NCBI GenBank assembly: GCA_024236175.1 | Contig: JACKKY010000004.1 | Location: forward strand, 439,249 to 503,248 | From: Novosphingobium sp. | GTDB lineage: Bacteria; Pseudomonadota; Alphaproteobacteria; Sphingomonadales; Sphingomonadaceae | Length of the DNA stretch: 64,000 nucleotides | Reading direction: 5' to 3' | Part shown: positions 45,406 through 54,633 of the stretch, piece by piece | How positions within the stretch are numbered: the first letter of the stretch is position 1 | Layout: the number at the start of each line of letters is the position of its first letter | Position numbers and translations under genes: made by a program | Notes under the pieces: model-generated | Told to the model about the DNA's origin: nothing | Seen by the model: only the letters and a program-made list of their open reading frames with translations | The model's database searches: none

Positions 45406-46197
45406 ATGGCCCATCCAGTCCGCACAATCGTCGCAGCCCTGGCGATGCTGCTCTTGGCCGCCTGCTCCGGCGTCGCAGAGGATGACGCGAAGACCAAGGG
45501 CCCGGTGGTTCTCGCGGCTGCCAGCCTTCAGGATGCGCTCGAAGATGCGGCTGCGACCTGGACGGCGCGGGGACACCTCCGCCCGGTGCTGTCCTTTGCC
45601 GCAACTTCGGCCCTTGCCAGGCAGATCGAAGCCGGTGCGCCGGCCGACCTGTTCATCTCAGCAGACGAAAAGTGGATGGACGGAGTCGAGAGCAAGGGGC
45701 TGCTGCGCGGCGGAAGCCGGGCCGACTTCCTTGCCAACAGCCTAGTGCTGATCGCGCCGGCCGACAGCGACACCGAACTCACGATAGCACCCGGCTTCGC
45801 ACTGGCCCAGAAGCTGGGATCAGGGCATCTCGCGGTTGCCGACCCCGATGCCGTCCCCGCCGGCCGCTATGCAAGGCAAGCGCTGACCAGGCTTGGTGCC
45901 TGGAGTCCTGTCGAGGGCAAGCTCGCGAGAGCCGAGAACGTGCGCGTTGCGCTGGCGCTGGTCGCGCGAGGCGAAGCGCCGCTCGGCATCGTCTATGCCA
46001 CCGATGCAAAAGCCGAACCAAAGGTCAGGATTGTCGGGCAATTCCCTGCTGACAGCCACTTGCCGATCACCTATCCGCTGGCGGTGCTCGGGACCTCCAA
46101 CCATGCGGACACGGACGATTTCCGTGCCTATCTCGTCTCGGAGGACGGCATGGCCATTTTCCGGAACTACGGCTTTGAGGCTCCTGGGCTGAAATGA
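45406..46197 (+). CDS. modA: Molybdate ABC transporter substrate-binding lipoprotein
   Basis: The start at MAHPVRTIVAALAMLLLAACSG contains a lipobox. It has AAASLQDAL, FSFAATSALARQIEAGAPADLFISAD and PAGRYA. Confidence 0.85.
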   Translation: MAHPVRTIVAALAMLLLAACSGVAEDDAKTKGPVVLAAASLQDALEDAAATWTARGHLRPVLSFAATSALARQIEAGAPADLFISADEKWMDGVESKGLLRGGSRADFLANSLVLIAPADSDTELTIAPGFALAQKLGSGHLAVADPDAVPAGRYARQALTRLGAWSPVEGKLARAENVRVALALVARGEAPLGIVYATDAKAEPKVRIVGQFPADSHLPITYPLAVLGTSNHADTDDFRAYLVSEDGMAIFRNYGFEAPGLK

Positions 46198-46892
46198 TCC
46201 TTTCTCCGGTGGAATGGGAAATTGTCCTGCTCTCGCTGAAAGTCAGCGGGACCGCGATGGCGGCGATCCTGCCGGTCGCTTTCGGCCTCGCCTGGATCCT
46301 CGCGCGCAAGCGTTTCGCCGGGAAGGTGGTGCTCGACGCGCTGATCCACCTGCCGCTGGTCCTGCCTCCGGTGGTGACCGGCTGGCTCCTGCTGATCCTG
46401 TTCGGCATCAACGGACCGGTGGGAAGGTTCCTGGCAGACACGGTGGGCCTGACGTTCATGTTCCGCTGGACCGGGGCCGCGCTTGCCGCCGCCATCATGG
46501 CATTGCCGCTGATGGTGCGCGCGATGCGACTCTCGATCGAGTCGGTGGACCGGCGACTGGAAGGCGCGGCGCGCACGCTGGGCGCGGGGCCGTGGCGCAC
46601 CTTTTTCGAGATAACCCTGCCGCTGGCCCTTCCCGGCGTGCTCGCCGGCATGGTGCTCGGCTTCGCCCGCTCGATCGGCGAGTTCGGAGCGACCATCACC
46701 TTCGTGTCCAACATCCCCGGCGAGACCCGTACGCTGCCGCTCGCGATCTACACGACGCTGCAACTGCCGGGCAGCGAGGCCATCGTCACCCGCCTTGCGA
46801 TCATATCCGTGATCCTGTCGCTGGGCGCACTGGTGGTCTCCGAAGTGCTGGTCCGCCGCAGCGGCCTGGGCCGGGGACGCCATGTCTTTTGA
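46194..46892 (+). CDS. modB: Molybdate ABC transporter permease
   Basis: Its ATG overlaps the modA stop (ATGA). It has the typical ModB core ARTLGAGPWRTFFEITLPLALPG and FGATITFVSNIPGETRTLPLAIY. Confidence 0.9.
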   Translation: MILSPVEWEIVLLSLKVSGTAMAAILPVAFGLAWILARKRFAGKVVLDALIHLPLVLPPVVTGWLLLILFGINGPVGRFLADTVGLTFMFRWTGAALAAAIMALPLMVRAMRLSIESVDRRLEGAARTLGAGPWRTFFEITLPLALPGVLAGMVLGFARSIGEFGATITFVSNIPGETRTLPLAIYTTLQLPGSEAIVTRLAIISVILSLGALVVSEVLVRRSGLGRGRHVF

Positions 46893-47511
46893 GATCGACA
46901 TCCTGATCCGCCGCGGCGGGCGCAAGATTTCGGGCGACTTCAAGGCGCCTGCGGGCCTCACCGCCCTCTTCGGACCTTCCGGCGCCGGCAAGACCAGCGT
47001 GCTGGACGCGATCGCCGGACTGCTCCGGCCCGAACGCGGTCGCATCGTCGTCGGCGGCACGACATTGTTCGACAGCGACAAGGGAGTCGATCTCAAGCCC
47101 GAGCGCAGGGCTTGCGGATACGTCTTCCAGGACAGCCGGCTGTTTCCCCACCGCAGCGTCACCGACAACCTGCTTTACGGCTGGCGCCTGGTGCCCGCCG
47201 AGCGGCGCTGGATCGTGCCCGAGGTGGCGATCGAGTTCCTGGGCATCGAGCATCTGCTGGACCGCATGCCGACAACCCTGTCAGGCGGAGAAGCCCAGCG
47301 CGTCGCCATCGGCCGCGCGCTGTTGAGCAGCCCGCGATTCCTGCTGATGGACGAACCGCTGTCATCGCTCGACCGCAACCGTCGCGAGGAGATCATGGGC
47401 GTGATCGAGCGCATTCGCGACGAATTGCGCCTGCCGATCCTTTACGTCAGCCACGACCGGGCCGAGGTCGAGAGGCTCGCCGACCAGATCATTCCGATCC
47501 ACACGAAATAG
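46882..47511 (+). CDS. modC: Molybdate ABC transporter ATP-binding protein, ATPase domain only
   Basis: It has Walker A GPSGAGKTS, the signature LSGGEAQRV and LLMDEP. It is 209 aa and therefore has no C-terminal TOBE-type domain. Confidence 0.85.
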   Translation: MSFEIDILIRRGGRKISGDFKAPAGLTALFGPSGAGKTSVLDAIAGLLRPERGRIVVGGTTLFDSDKGVDLKPERRACGYVFQDSRLFPHRSVTDNLLYGWRLVPAERRWIVPEVAIEFLGIEHLLDRMPTTLSGGEAQRVAIGRALLSSPRFLLMDEPLSSLDRNRREEIMGVIERIRDELRLPILYVSHDRAEVERLADQIIPIHTK

Positions 47512-47619
47512 GGCCGCGGGACCGCCGCCCGCCAACCTCGCAATCGAAGGACAGGATTTGCCACGGCCGCGAACGGCGATACAGATGCAGGCCGAAAACC
47601 ATAATGCGGGAGAGCGACA

Positions 47620-48036
47620 TTGACGAACCGGCCGCTTCCGGTGCCAGACGAGACTTCGGCCCCCTATTGGGCCGCCTGCGCCGAACATGTCCTGAAACTG
47701 CCGCGCTGTTCGAGCTGCGGCGAATTCACGCTGCCGCCCGATGTCACCTGCCCCCATTGCCAGAGCCCCGAGCCCGACTTCACTTTCGAACCGGTCTCCG
47801 GCCGAGGCAAGGTCAGGACCTGGACGGTGATCCGCCATTCCTTCCTGTCCGGCTTCGAAGTGCCGTTCCTGCTGGTGGACGTCGAACTCGACGACCAGCC
47901 GCACATCCGCATGGTCGGGCGGCTGGTCGACGGACCGGAGACGCCCCTGCGCATCGGGGATCGCGTTGCCGTCGCCTTCGAGGACCTCTCGTCGGACATC
48001 GCGGTTCCCGCATTCACGCTGGCAGGCGCGTCATGA
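47620..48036 (+). CDS. DUF35 protein (zinc-ribbon plus OB-fold, thiolase-associated)
   Basis: It uses a TTG start with GGGAGAG 6 nt upstream. It has the four-Cys ribbon CSSCGEF...CPHC followed by an OB-fold-like segment GRGKVRTWTVI. Confidence 0.8.
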   Translation: MTNRPLPVPDETSAPYWAACAEHVLKLPRCSSCGEFTLPPDVTCPHCQSPEPDFTFEPVSGRGKVRTWTVIRHSFLSGFEVPFLLVDVELDDQPHIRMVGRLVDGPETPLRIGDRVAVAFEDLSSDIAVPAFTLAGAS

Positions 48037-49232
48037 GCGGGTTGTTCGCGGCCCATAACCGCATCGCCGTCGTCGGCTACGCCCACAGCGACGTTGTCAG
48101 GCGCACCGCCGAGCCGCTCGGCATCACCGCGCTGCGCACCGCGCGGGCGGCTATCGAGGATGCCGGCCTGACGCCTGAACAGATCGACGGCTTCACCTCG
48201 TCCTCCCTGCTGCCCTCGTCCGGCGAGCACGAAGCGCAGGACGGCATCAGCGTCGTGACGTCCGACTGGCTGGCCAAGCATCTGGGCGGACATGCCCACT
48301 ACGTCGCCGGCTTCCAGGGCATCGGCCAGCTTACCGGATCGCTGTCGCTGGCGATCAGCACTCTGGCCAGCGGCGCGGCCGACTACGTGCTGCTCCACCG
48401 CGCGCTGCACAACCCGGCCGGCAAGTACAACGACAATCCGATGACCGAGTTCGCGGGCGACCAGCAATGGAGTGCGCCCCAGGGCTTCTTCGGCGCCCTG
48501 CCCGCCATCGCGATGGTCTGCAACGAGTACTGCCAGCGTTACGGCGCGGACCGCGAATCCCTGGCCGATCTGGTGGTCGAAGCGCGCAAGAACGGGGCCC
48601 GTCTGCCGTGGTCCTACTGGCACGACAAACCTCTCACGCGCGAGGCCTATCTCGCCGAGCCGCCGATCAACGACCCGATGTCGCGACTCGACTGCGACAT
48701 CCCGGTCCAGGGCGTCGGCGTGTTCATCCTGACGACGGCGGAGCGCGCCAGGGACCTGCCGAACAAGCCGGTCTATATCTCGGGACAGGGCTTCGGCTAC
48801 CCGCTTCACCACCGCATCCCGCTTCACTGGACGCTCGACGAGATGATGGAAGCGGGTGAAGGCCTCGCGCGGCGATTGTGGGAAAGCTCGGGCCTCGGGC
48901 CGGGCGATATCGACACCGCACAGGTCTACGACGCCTTCTCACCCTTCGTGTATATCTGGCTGGAAGTGCTGGGTTTCTGTCCGGTCGGCGAAGCCCATCG
49001 CTTCGTCAGGGACGGCGGGATCGACAGCGACATACCCGAATCGCTCGGCGCATTGTCTGGCGGTGGCGCGATCGGAAACGGACGGCTCCACGGGCTTCCG
49101 CAGCTGCTCGAATGCTACCTTCAGCTTTCCGGACGGGCGGGAGAACGGCAGCGCCCGACCACCAATGCGGTGATGAGCTATTCGGCGCCGCATTTCGGCG
49201 GGGCGGTGGTCCTCACCAACGATCCGGTCTGA
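48033..49232 (+). CDS. Thiolase-fold protein of the SCP2/Ltp type without a nucleophile cysteine
   Basis: Its ATG overlaps the DUF35 stop (ATGA). It has a thiolase-like layout (IAVVGYA..., LASGAADYVLL, LSGGGAIGNGRLHG). The segment where CxS is expected reads GIGQLTGSLS. Confidence 0.8.
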   Translation: MSGLFAAHNRIAVVGYAHSDVVRRTAEPLGITALRTARAAIEDAGLTPEQIDGFTSSSLLPSSGEHEAQDGISVVTSDWLAKHLGGHAHYVAGFQGIGQLTGSLSLAISTLASGAADYVLLHRALHNPAGKYNDNPMTEFAGDQQWSAPQGFFGALPAIAMVCNEYCQRYGADRESLADLVVEARKNGARLPWSYWHDKPLTREAYLAEPPINDPMSRLDCDIPVQGVGVFILTTAERARDLPNKPVYISGQGFGYPLHHRIPLHWTLDEMMEAGEGLARRLWESSGLGPGDIDTAQVYDAFSPFVYIWLEVLGFCPVGEAHRFVRDGGIDSDIPESLGALSGGGAIGNGRLHGLPQLLECYLQLSGRAGERQRPTTNAVMSYSAPHFGGAVVLTNDPV

Positions 49233-49461
49233 CGCCTGATACGCCCGACAGTCGCATCGGCTTCAATCCAAAAGCCGAATTTTCGTTCTTGATATCGAAT
49301 TGATGTTGTGACCTACTGCGGCTTCGAGTGGACGGACCGGGCGTCGCCGCACGCAATGGGGCAAGCCACGCTATCCTGAAGACAGGAAGCCGGACCTGCG
49401 CCACTCCGACCCCAGGACGGGCATGAAGCGATGCCCGAATGCGAAGCGAGGAGAGACATTG

Positions 49462-50661
49462 ATGTCAGTCGCAGAACTCGAAAGAAATGATGCCGGGGCC
49501 GCCGGCAAGAGCCGCTACCGCATCGTCGACGCGGACCAGCATGTCGATCCGCCGCACACGTTCTGGAAGGATTATCTGCCCGAACACCTGCGCGAGTTTG
49601 CGCCGGAGATCGAGGAAGGCGACGAGCACGACTGGGTCGTATTCGAAGGCAGGAAGCGCCCGCTGAACCTCCTCTCGTTCCTCGCCGGCAAGGAAGAAAT
49701 CAACTTCAAGCAGAAGGGCAAGCTGGCCGACCTGCGCAGCGCAATGTCCGCGCAAAAACGCCTCAAGGATATGGACGACGACCAGATCGACTGCGCCGTG
49801 CTGTTCGGCGGTGGTCCGCTCCCGACGGCGAACAGCGAGCTGCTGATCGAAAGCTATCGCGCCTACAATCGCTGGCTGGCCGATTTCTGCGCGGAAGCGC
49901 CGGACCGGTTCAGGGGCGTTGCCTACCTGCCGATGCGCGATGTCGAGGAATCGGTCGGATTTCTGCGGGAGATCGCCAAGCTGGGCTTCCGCTCGATCAA
50001 CATTCCCGCCTACCCGCAGGCAGCCGACGGGGTGAAGACCTCCGCCGGCATCAAGAACATGAGCAGTTCGCAGGTATCCGCGTTGACCGGCGATCCCAGC
50101 AGCGAGCGCGCCTTCTGGCACAAGGAATTCGAACCGTTCTGGGCCGAAGTCTGCGACCTCGACATCACCTGCACCATGCATCTGGGAGGACGGATCACCC
50201 GCTTCGGCGAGAACGATCATTTCCTGCCCGATCATCTCATGTCCAAGCTGGCGATGGCCGAACCGGTCTGCGTCGCGATCTATGGCGGGCTGTTCGAGCG
50301 TTTCCCGAAACTGCGCTGGGCGATGATCGAAAGCGGCGTGGGCTGGATGGCGTTTGCCGCGCAATACATGGATCACAGCTGGGGCAAGCACCGGCACTGG
50401 GTCGGCAACAAGAACCCGCATCCGCCGAGCTACTACATGGACCAGAACATCTGGGGATCGTTTCTGCGCGACCGGATCGGCATCGAGATGCGCGACCGCC
50501 CCGGCGGCAAGAACATCATGTGGTCCTCGGACTTCCCGCATTCGGAAACGACCTATCCGCATTCGCGCGAATACATCGAGCAGGAATTCGAGGGCATTCC
50601 CGACGCGGACAAGCGCGAGATCGTCGGCGGTATCGCCGGCAGGCTGTTCCAGTTCGACTGA
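49462..50661 (+). CDS. Amidohydrolase_2 family protein
   Basis: It has IVDADQHVDPPHTFW, YNRWLADFC, IESGVGWM and SDFPHSE. GGAGAG lies upstream of the ATG at 49462. Confidence 0.8.
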   Translation: MSVAELERNDAGAAGKSRYRIVDADQHVDPPHTFWKDYLPEHLREFAPEIEEGDEHDWVVFEGRKRPLNLLSFLAGKEEINFKQKGKLADLRSAMSAQKRLKDMDDDQIDCAVLFGGGPLPTANSELLIESYRAYNRWLADFCAEAPDRFRGVAYLPMRDVEESVGFLREIAKLGFRSINIPAYPQAADGVKTSAGIKNMSSSQVSALTGDPSSERAFWHKEFEPFWAEVCDLDITCTMHLGGRITRFGENDHFLPDHLMSKLAMAEPVCVAIYGGLFERFPKLRWAMIESGVGWMAFAAQYMDHSWGKHRHWVGNKNPHPPSYYMDQNIWGSFLRDRIGIEMRDRPGGKNIMWSSDFPHSETTYPHSREYIEQEFEGIPDADKREIVGGIAGRLFQFD

Positions 50662-50736
50662 CCGATCTGCCGGGGCCGGCCTCGCCGGTCCCGGCCCGAA
50701 AATGACAGCGGCGACCACAGCCGCGAAGGAGAGACG

Positions 50737-51999
50737 ATGACCGCCCTGGCAGAAGGTGCGCCCGCCGGCGCAACCGCCACCGAGACCATGCCATGGCTGA
50801 TCTCGGTGGACGATCACGTTACCGAACCGCCCGACCTGTGGACGTCTCGCCTGCCGTCGAAATTGCGCGAGCGCGGCCCGCAGGTGAAGCGCGACCGTAT
50901 CCTTGCCGGGGCCGATGCACGCGAAGGCAACACGCAATATGGGCATCCCGACGGCAAGATCGCCGATTTTTGGGTGTTCGACGGCAAGCCGACGCGTGGC
51001 TTCCTCACCGCCATCACCCATGCGGTGGGCTTCGACGAGAAGAAGATCGGCAACACACCGCTGACCTACGACGAGATCCATCCGGGGGCATGGAAGCAGG
51101 CCGACCGCCTCGCCGACATGACCAGCAACCACGTCGAGGCGTCGCTTTGCTTCTGCAATGCCGTCTCCGGCTATGCCGGACAGCTGTTCTTCCAGCACCC
51201 GGACAAGGAATTGGCCCTCGCCTGCGTTCAGGCCTACAACGACTGGATGATCGACGACTGGTGTTCGGGCGACGGCTACGGACGCCTGATCCCGCTGATT
51301 TTCCTGCCGCTCTGGGATCCGGTGCTTTCGGCAAAGGAAGTGCGCCGCTGCGCGGCAAAGAGCGCGATTGCCGCCTCCTTCCTAGAGAACCCGCACGAGT
51401 ACGATCTGCCTACGGTCTACAGCCGCGACTGGGACCCGCTGTTCCAGGCGTGCGACGAAACCCGGACCAACCTCAGCATGCACATCGGCTCCTCGCCGCG
51501 GATTCCCACGACGTCGAAAGACGCGCCCTACATGATGACGTCGATCATCATGTTCATCGATTCGATGACCTCGGCGCTGGACTTCCTGCTGGCCGGAATT
51601 TTCGAGCGCTTCCCCAACATGAAGATCGCCTATTCCGAAGGCCAGATCGGCTGGCTGCCTTACGCCGTGCGACGCGCCGACAAGGTGTGGCTTGCCAAGG
51701 ACAAGGAAGGGCACGGCTACGAGCGCACACCCAATCCGCCGAGCAGCTATGTCGAGGGGCACGTCTACGGCTGCATTTTCGACGACGACACCGCACTGAT
51801 CTGCCGCGACCTGATCGGCATGGGCCAGATCATGATGGAAGTGGACTACCCCCATTCGGCCTGCTCCTTCCCCAATGTCGTGGAAGTGGCGACCGGCCTG
51901 GCCGACACGGCAGGCCTGAACGCCGAAGAGAGGCACATGTTCTTCCGCGGCAACGCGATAGACGCCTATGGGCTGGAGCGGCTCGGCATCACGAAATGA
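50737..51999 (+). CDS. Amidohydrolase_2 family protein
   Basis: It has ISVDDHVTEPPDLW, YNDWMIDDWC, YSEGQIGWLPY and VDYPHSA. It is a paralogue of 7923-9263. AAGGAGAG lies upstream. Confidence 0.8.
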   Translation: MTALAEGAPAGATATETMPWLISVDDHVTEPPDLWTSRLPSKLRERGPQVKRDRILAGADAREGNTQYGHPDGKIADFWVFDGKPTRGFLTAITHAVGFDEKKIGNTPLTYDEIHPGAWKQADRLADMTSNHVEASLCFCNAVSGYAGQLFFQHPDKELALACVQAYNDWMIDDWCSGDGYGRLIPLIFLPLWDPVLSAKEVRRCAAKSAIAASFLENPHEYDLPTVYSRDWDPLFQACDETRTNLSMHIGSSPRIPTTSKDAPYMMTSIIMFIDSMTSALDFLLAGIFERFPNMKIAYSEGQIGWLPYAVRRADKVWLAKDKEGHGYERTPNPPSSYVEGHVYGCIFDDDTALICRDLIGMGQIMMEVDYPHSACSFPNVVEVATGLADTAGLNAEERHMFFRGNAIDAYGLERLGITK

Positions 52000-52046
52000 A
52001 CAATCCGCGCCTGCGCGGCGACGGCAATCGATAGCGGGGCAAGGGG

Positions 52047-53669
52047 ATGATCGAGGAAGCGGATTTCGTGATCGCGGGAGGCGGCAGCGCCGGCTGCGTT
52101 ATGGCCAACCGGCTTTCCGAAGACAGCGGCAATCGCGTCGTGCTGCTCGAGGCCGGGCAGCCGACCGACAAGCTGCTGATCAATGTCCCCGCCGGCATGC
52201 AGTCGGTCGTCGCCAGCCAGGACACCAACTGGTTCTATACGACAGAGCCGGATTCGAGTGCGAATGGCCGCCGGATATTCCTGTTCTCCGGCAAGGGCCT
52301 CGGCGGCGGATCGTCTATCAACGGCATGGTCTACATCAGGGGCACGCGGTACGACTACGACCAGTGGGCGGCGGCAGGCTGCACCGGCTGGAGCTGGGAC
52401 GAGGTGCTGCCCTTCTTCAAGCGGTCCGAGGATTTCGACGGACCGGATTCGGAATGGCACGGAAAGGGCGGCCCGCTCGGCGTCTCGCAACTGAGGACGA
52501 TCCATCCGCTCGCCTACAGCTTCATGGACGCCTGCCGGGATCTCGGTATGCGGCAGATCGACGACTACTGCTCCGGCGACATCGACGGCACTTTCGTCAA
52601 CTTCGCCACACAGCGCGGCGGCAACCGCTGCAGCACCGCAGAAGGGTTCCTCAAGCCCGCGCTGAAGCGGCCCAATCTGGAGGTTATCACCGGTGCGACG
52701 GTCGACCGGATCCTGTTCGAAGGCACGAGGGCGCGAGGCGTGCGCTTCATCCACGATGGCGCTGTGCGCGAGATCCGGGTGGCGCGTGAGGTCATTGTCA
52801 GCGCCGGGACGATGCAGTCTCCCGGAATACTGATGCGCTCGGGAGTAGGCCCCGGTGCGCATCTTCGCGAACACGGCATCGATGTCATCGCCGGCCGCGA
52901 AGGCGTAGGTAAGAACCTGCACGAGCACCCGAGCCTGCCCAACAGCCGGCAGGTCGACATGGCGACCTACAATGTAAGGAACAATCCGTTCCGTCTGGCG
53001 GCGGAGGGAATGAAATACCTGCTCGCCCGGCGCGGCTGGCTGACCACCTGCGCGGTGCATGCCATGGCCCATGTGCGTTCCTCGCCGGGCCTCGAATATC
53101 CCGATATCAAATACCAGATGCTGCCGTTCTGGAATCACCAGAACGTGCAGGCCTATTTCGGCGCGGACACGCCCGTCCCGGATTCGACCCGCACCTGCGG
53201 CATCACCATCGGCGTGAACCTGATGACGCCCAACAGCCGCGGGCAGATTCTCCTGCGCGACACCAATCCGGCTTCGCGCCCGTTGATCGACTTCCGCCTC
53301 TATGACGACCCTTCGGATCTCGAGCGGATGCGCAAGGGCCTGCAGATCGCCAACGACATCTTCGCCGCGCCGTCTCTGGCAAAACATGTGAGCGGCACGG
53401 CCTACCCGCCGGATCCAAACCAGAGCGACGAGGACTGGGACGACCAGCTCCGAAGCTGCAGCGCGACCGGCCTGCATCCGGTCGGAACCTGCCGGATGGG
53501 CGGCGACGAGGACTCCGTCGTCGATCCCCAGCTCCGCGTGCGCGGCGTCGACGGCCTCAGGGTGGCAGACTGCTCGATCATTCCGGTGCTGCCTTCCGCC
53601 AATACCAACGCACCCGCGATCATGATCGGCGAGCGCTGCGCGGACTTTATCCGGGGAAACCGCCGCTGA
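52047..53669 (+). CDS. GMC-family FAD oxidoreductase (choline-dehydrogenase-like)
   Basis: It has the ADP-binding motif DFVIAGGGSAGCVMANRLSE, GGSSINGMVYIRG, and a C-terminal HPVGTCRMG and PSANTNAP. Confidence 0.9.
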   Translation: MIEEADFVIAGGGSAGCVMANRLSEDSGNRVVLLEAGQPTDKLLINVPAGMQSVVASQDTNWFYTTEPDSSANGRRIFLFSGKGLGGGSSINGMVYIRGTRYDYDQWAAAGCTGWSWDEVLPFFKRSEDFDGPDSEWHGKGGPLGVSQLRTIHPLAYSFMDACRDLGMRQIDDYCSGDIDGTFVNFATQRGGNRCSTAEGFLKPALKRPNLEVITGATVDRILFEGTRARGVRFIHDGAVREIRVAREVIVSAGTMQSPGILMRSGVGPGAHLREHGIDVIAGREGVGKNLHEHPSLPNSRQVDMATYNVRNNPFRLAAEGMKYLLARRGWLTTCAVHAMAHVRSSPGLEYPDIKYQMLPFWNHQNVQAYFGADTPVPDSTRTCGITIGVNLMTPNSRGQILLRDTNPASRPLIDFRLYDDPSDLERMRKGLQIANDIFAAPSLAKHVSGTAYPPDPNQSDEDWDDQLRSCSATGLHPVGTCRMGGDEDSVVDPQLRVRGVDGLRVADCSIIPVLPSANTNAPAIMIGERCADFIRGNRR

Positions 53670-54529
53670 TGGCGCGGACCGGCGAATTCGTCACCAGGGA
53701 CGGTTGCCGCCTCAACTACCGGCTGCGCGGAAACGGCCCGCTGATCGCGCTGACGCCGGGCGGGCGCGAAGCCGGCGAGGCAGTCGCTTCGCTGGCCGAC
53801 GCGCTGGCGCAAGGAGCCACCGTGCTCACATGGGACCGGCGCAATGCCGGGGCCAGCGACCTGTTCTTCGGCGGCGAGCTTTCCGAAGCGGAGCTCTGGG
53901 CCGAAGACCTGGCCGACCTGATCGAGCACCTTGGAAAGGGTCCCGCATGGCTGGCAGGCGGCTCCGCAGGGTGCCGCACTTCGGTGATCTCGGCCCTGCG
54001 GCGACCCGAAACGGCGCGCGGCCTGATCCTGTGGTCGGCTTCCGGCGGCGAATATGCCTGCCAGTTCCTCGGCTTCAGCTATCACGTGCCCTACATCATG
54101 GCGGCGCAGCGCGCGGGCATGGCGGCGGTTGCCGAAACGCCTTTCTTCGCCGACAGGATCGCCGCCAACCCCGCCAATCGAGAACGCCTGCTGTCGCTTG
54201 ATCAGGACGAGTTCGTGGCGGTGATGCGGCGGTGGAACCGCGCCTTTTATTACGACCCCGCCGAGACGCTGACCGGCGCAGCCGACGAAGCGCTCAAGAC
54301 CATCGCCGTGCCGACACTGATCTTCGAGGGGAATGACGACGTCCACGCGCCCGAAGTCGCCCGGCGCATGGCCGAACTGATCCCGGGCAACACCTTCCTC
54401 CCCTCCCCGTGGTCCAACGAGGACTGGCTGGACAAGTTCACCGGAAGGAAAACCGGCTCCGTCTTCGAGCTCTACCCGCTGCTGGCACCTGCCATCCTCG
54501 ATTTCGTGAAGCGCAGCGAGGCGGCCTGA
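53669..54529 (+). CDS. Alpha/beta hydrolase
   Basis: Its ATG shares one nucleotide with the GMC stop (TGATG). It has the nucleophile elbow GGSAGC and a hydrolase-like length. Confidence 0.7.
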   Translation: MARTGEFVTRDGCRLNYRLRGNGPLIALTPGGREAGEAVASLADALAQGATVLTWDRRNAGASDLFFGGELSEAELWAEDLADLIEHLGKGPAWLAGGSAGCRTSVISALRRPETARGLILWSASGGEYACQFLGFSYHVPYIMAAQRAGMAAVAETPFFADRIAANPANRERLLSLDQDEFVAVMRRWNRAFYYDPAETLTGAADEALKTIAVPTLIFEGNDDVHAPEVARRMAELIPGNTFLPSPWSNEDWLDKFTGRKTGSVFELYPLLAPAILDFVKRSEAA

Positions 54530-54633
54530 CCGGGCCCACCATCCGAAAGCGGCTTGACTTCCTCAGCCTGGTCGAGACCTTGCAAGGAACTCGACCGGCC
54601 AATGCAGACCTGTCGAGCGGGAGGAGGCCACCG

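Noticed and set aside
47112-48032. A 307-codon upstream extension of the thiolase-like ORF runs across modC and the DUF35 gene.
   Set aside because: It is out of frame with two well-supported genes. The thiolase-like sequence starts at the ATG in the ATGA overlap at 48033.
49419-49436. The hairpin GGGCAT-GAAGCG-ATGCCC lies 26 nt upstream of the amidohydrolase_2 ATG and has a hexanucleotide loop.
   Set aside because: The loop has G rather than A at position 1, there is no second hairpin or terminator, and no ANTAR regulator is nearby.
49465-53477. Minus-strand ORFs of 577 aa and 503 aa lie antisense to the amidohydrolase_2 and GMC genes. Similar cases occur at 24891-26588, 58839-60233 and 60276-61970.
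   Set aside because: These are antisense artefacts. The sense frames carry clear family motifs and ribosome-binding sites.
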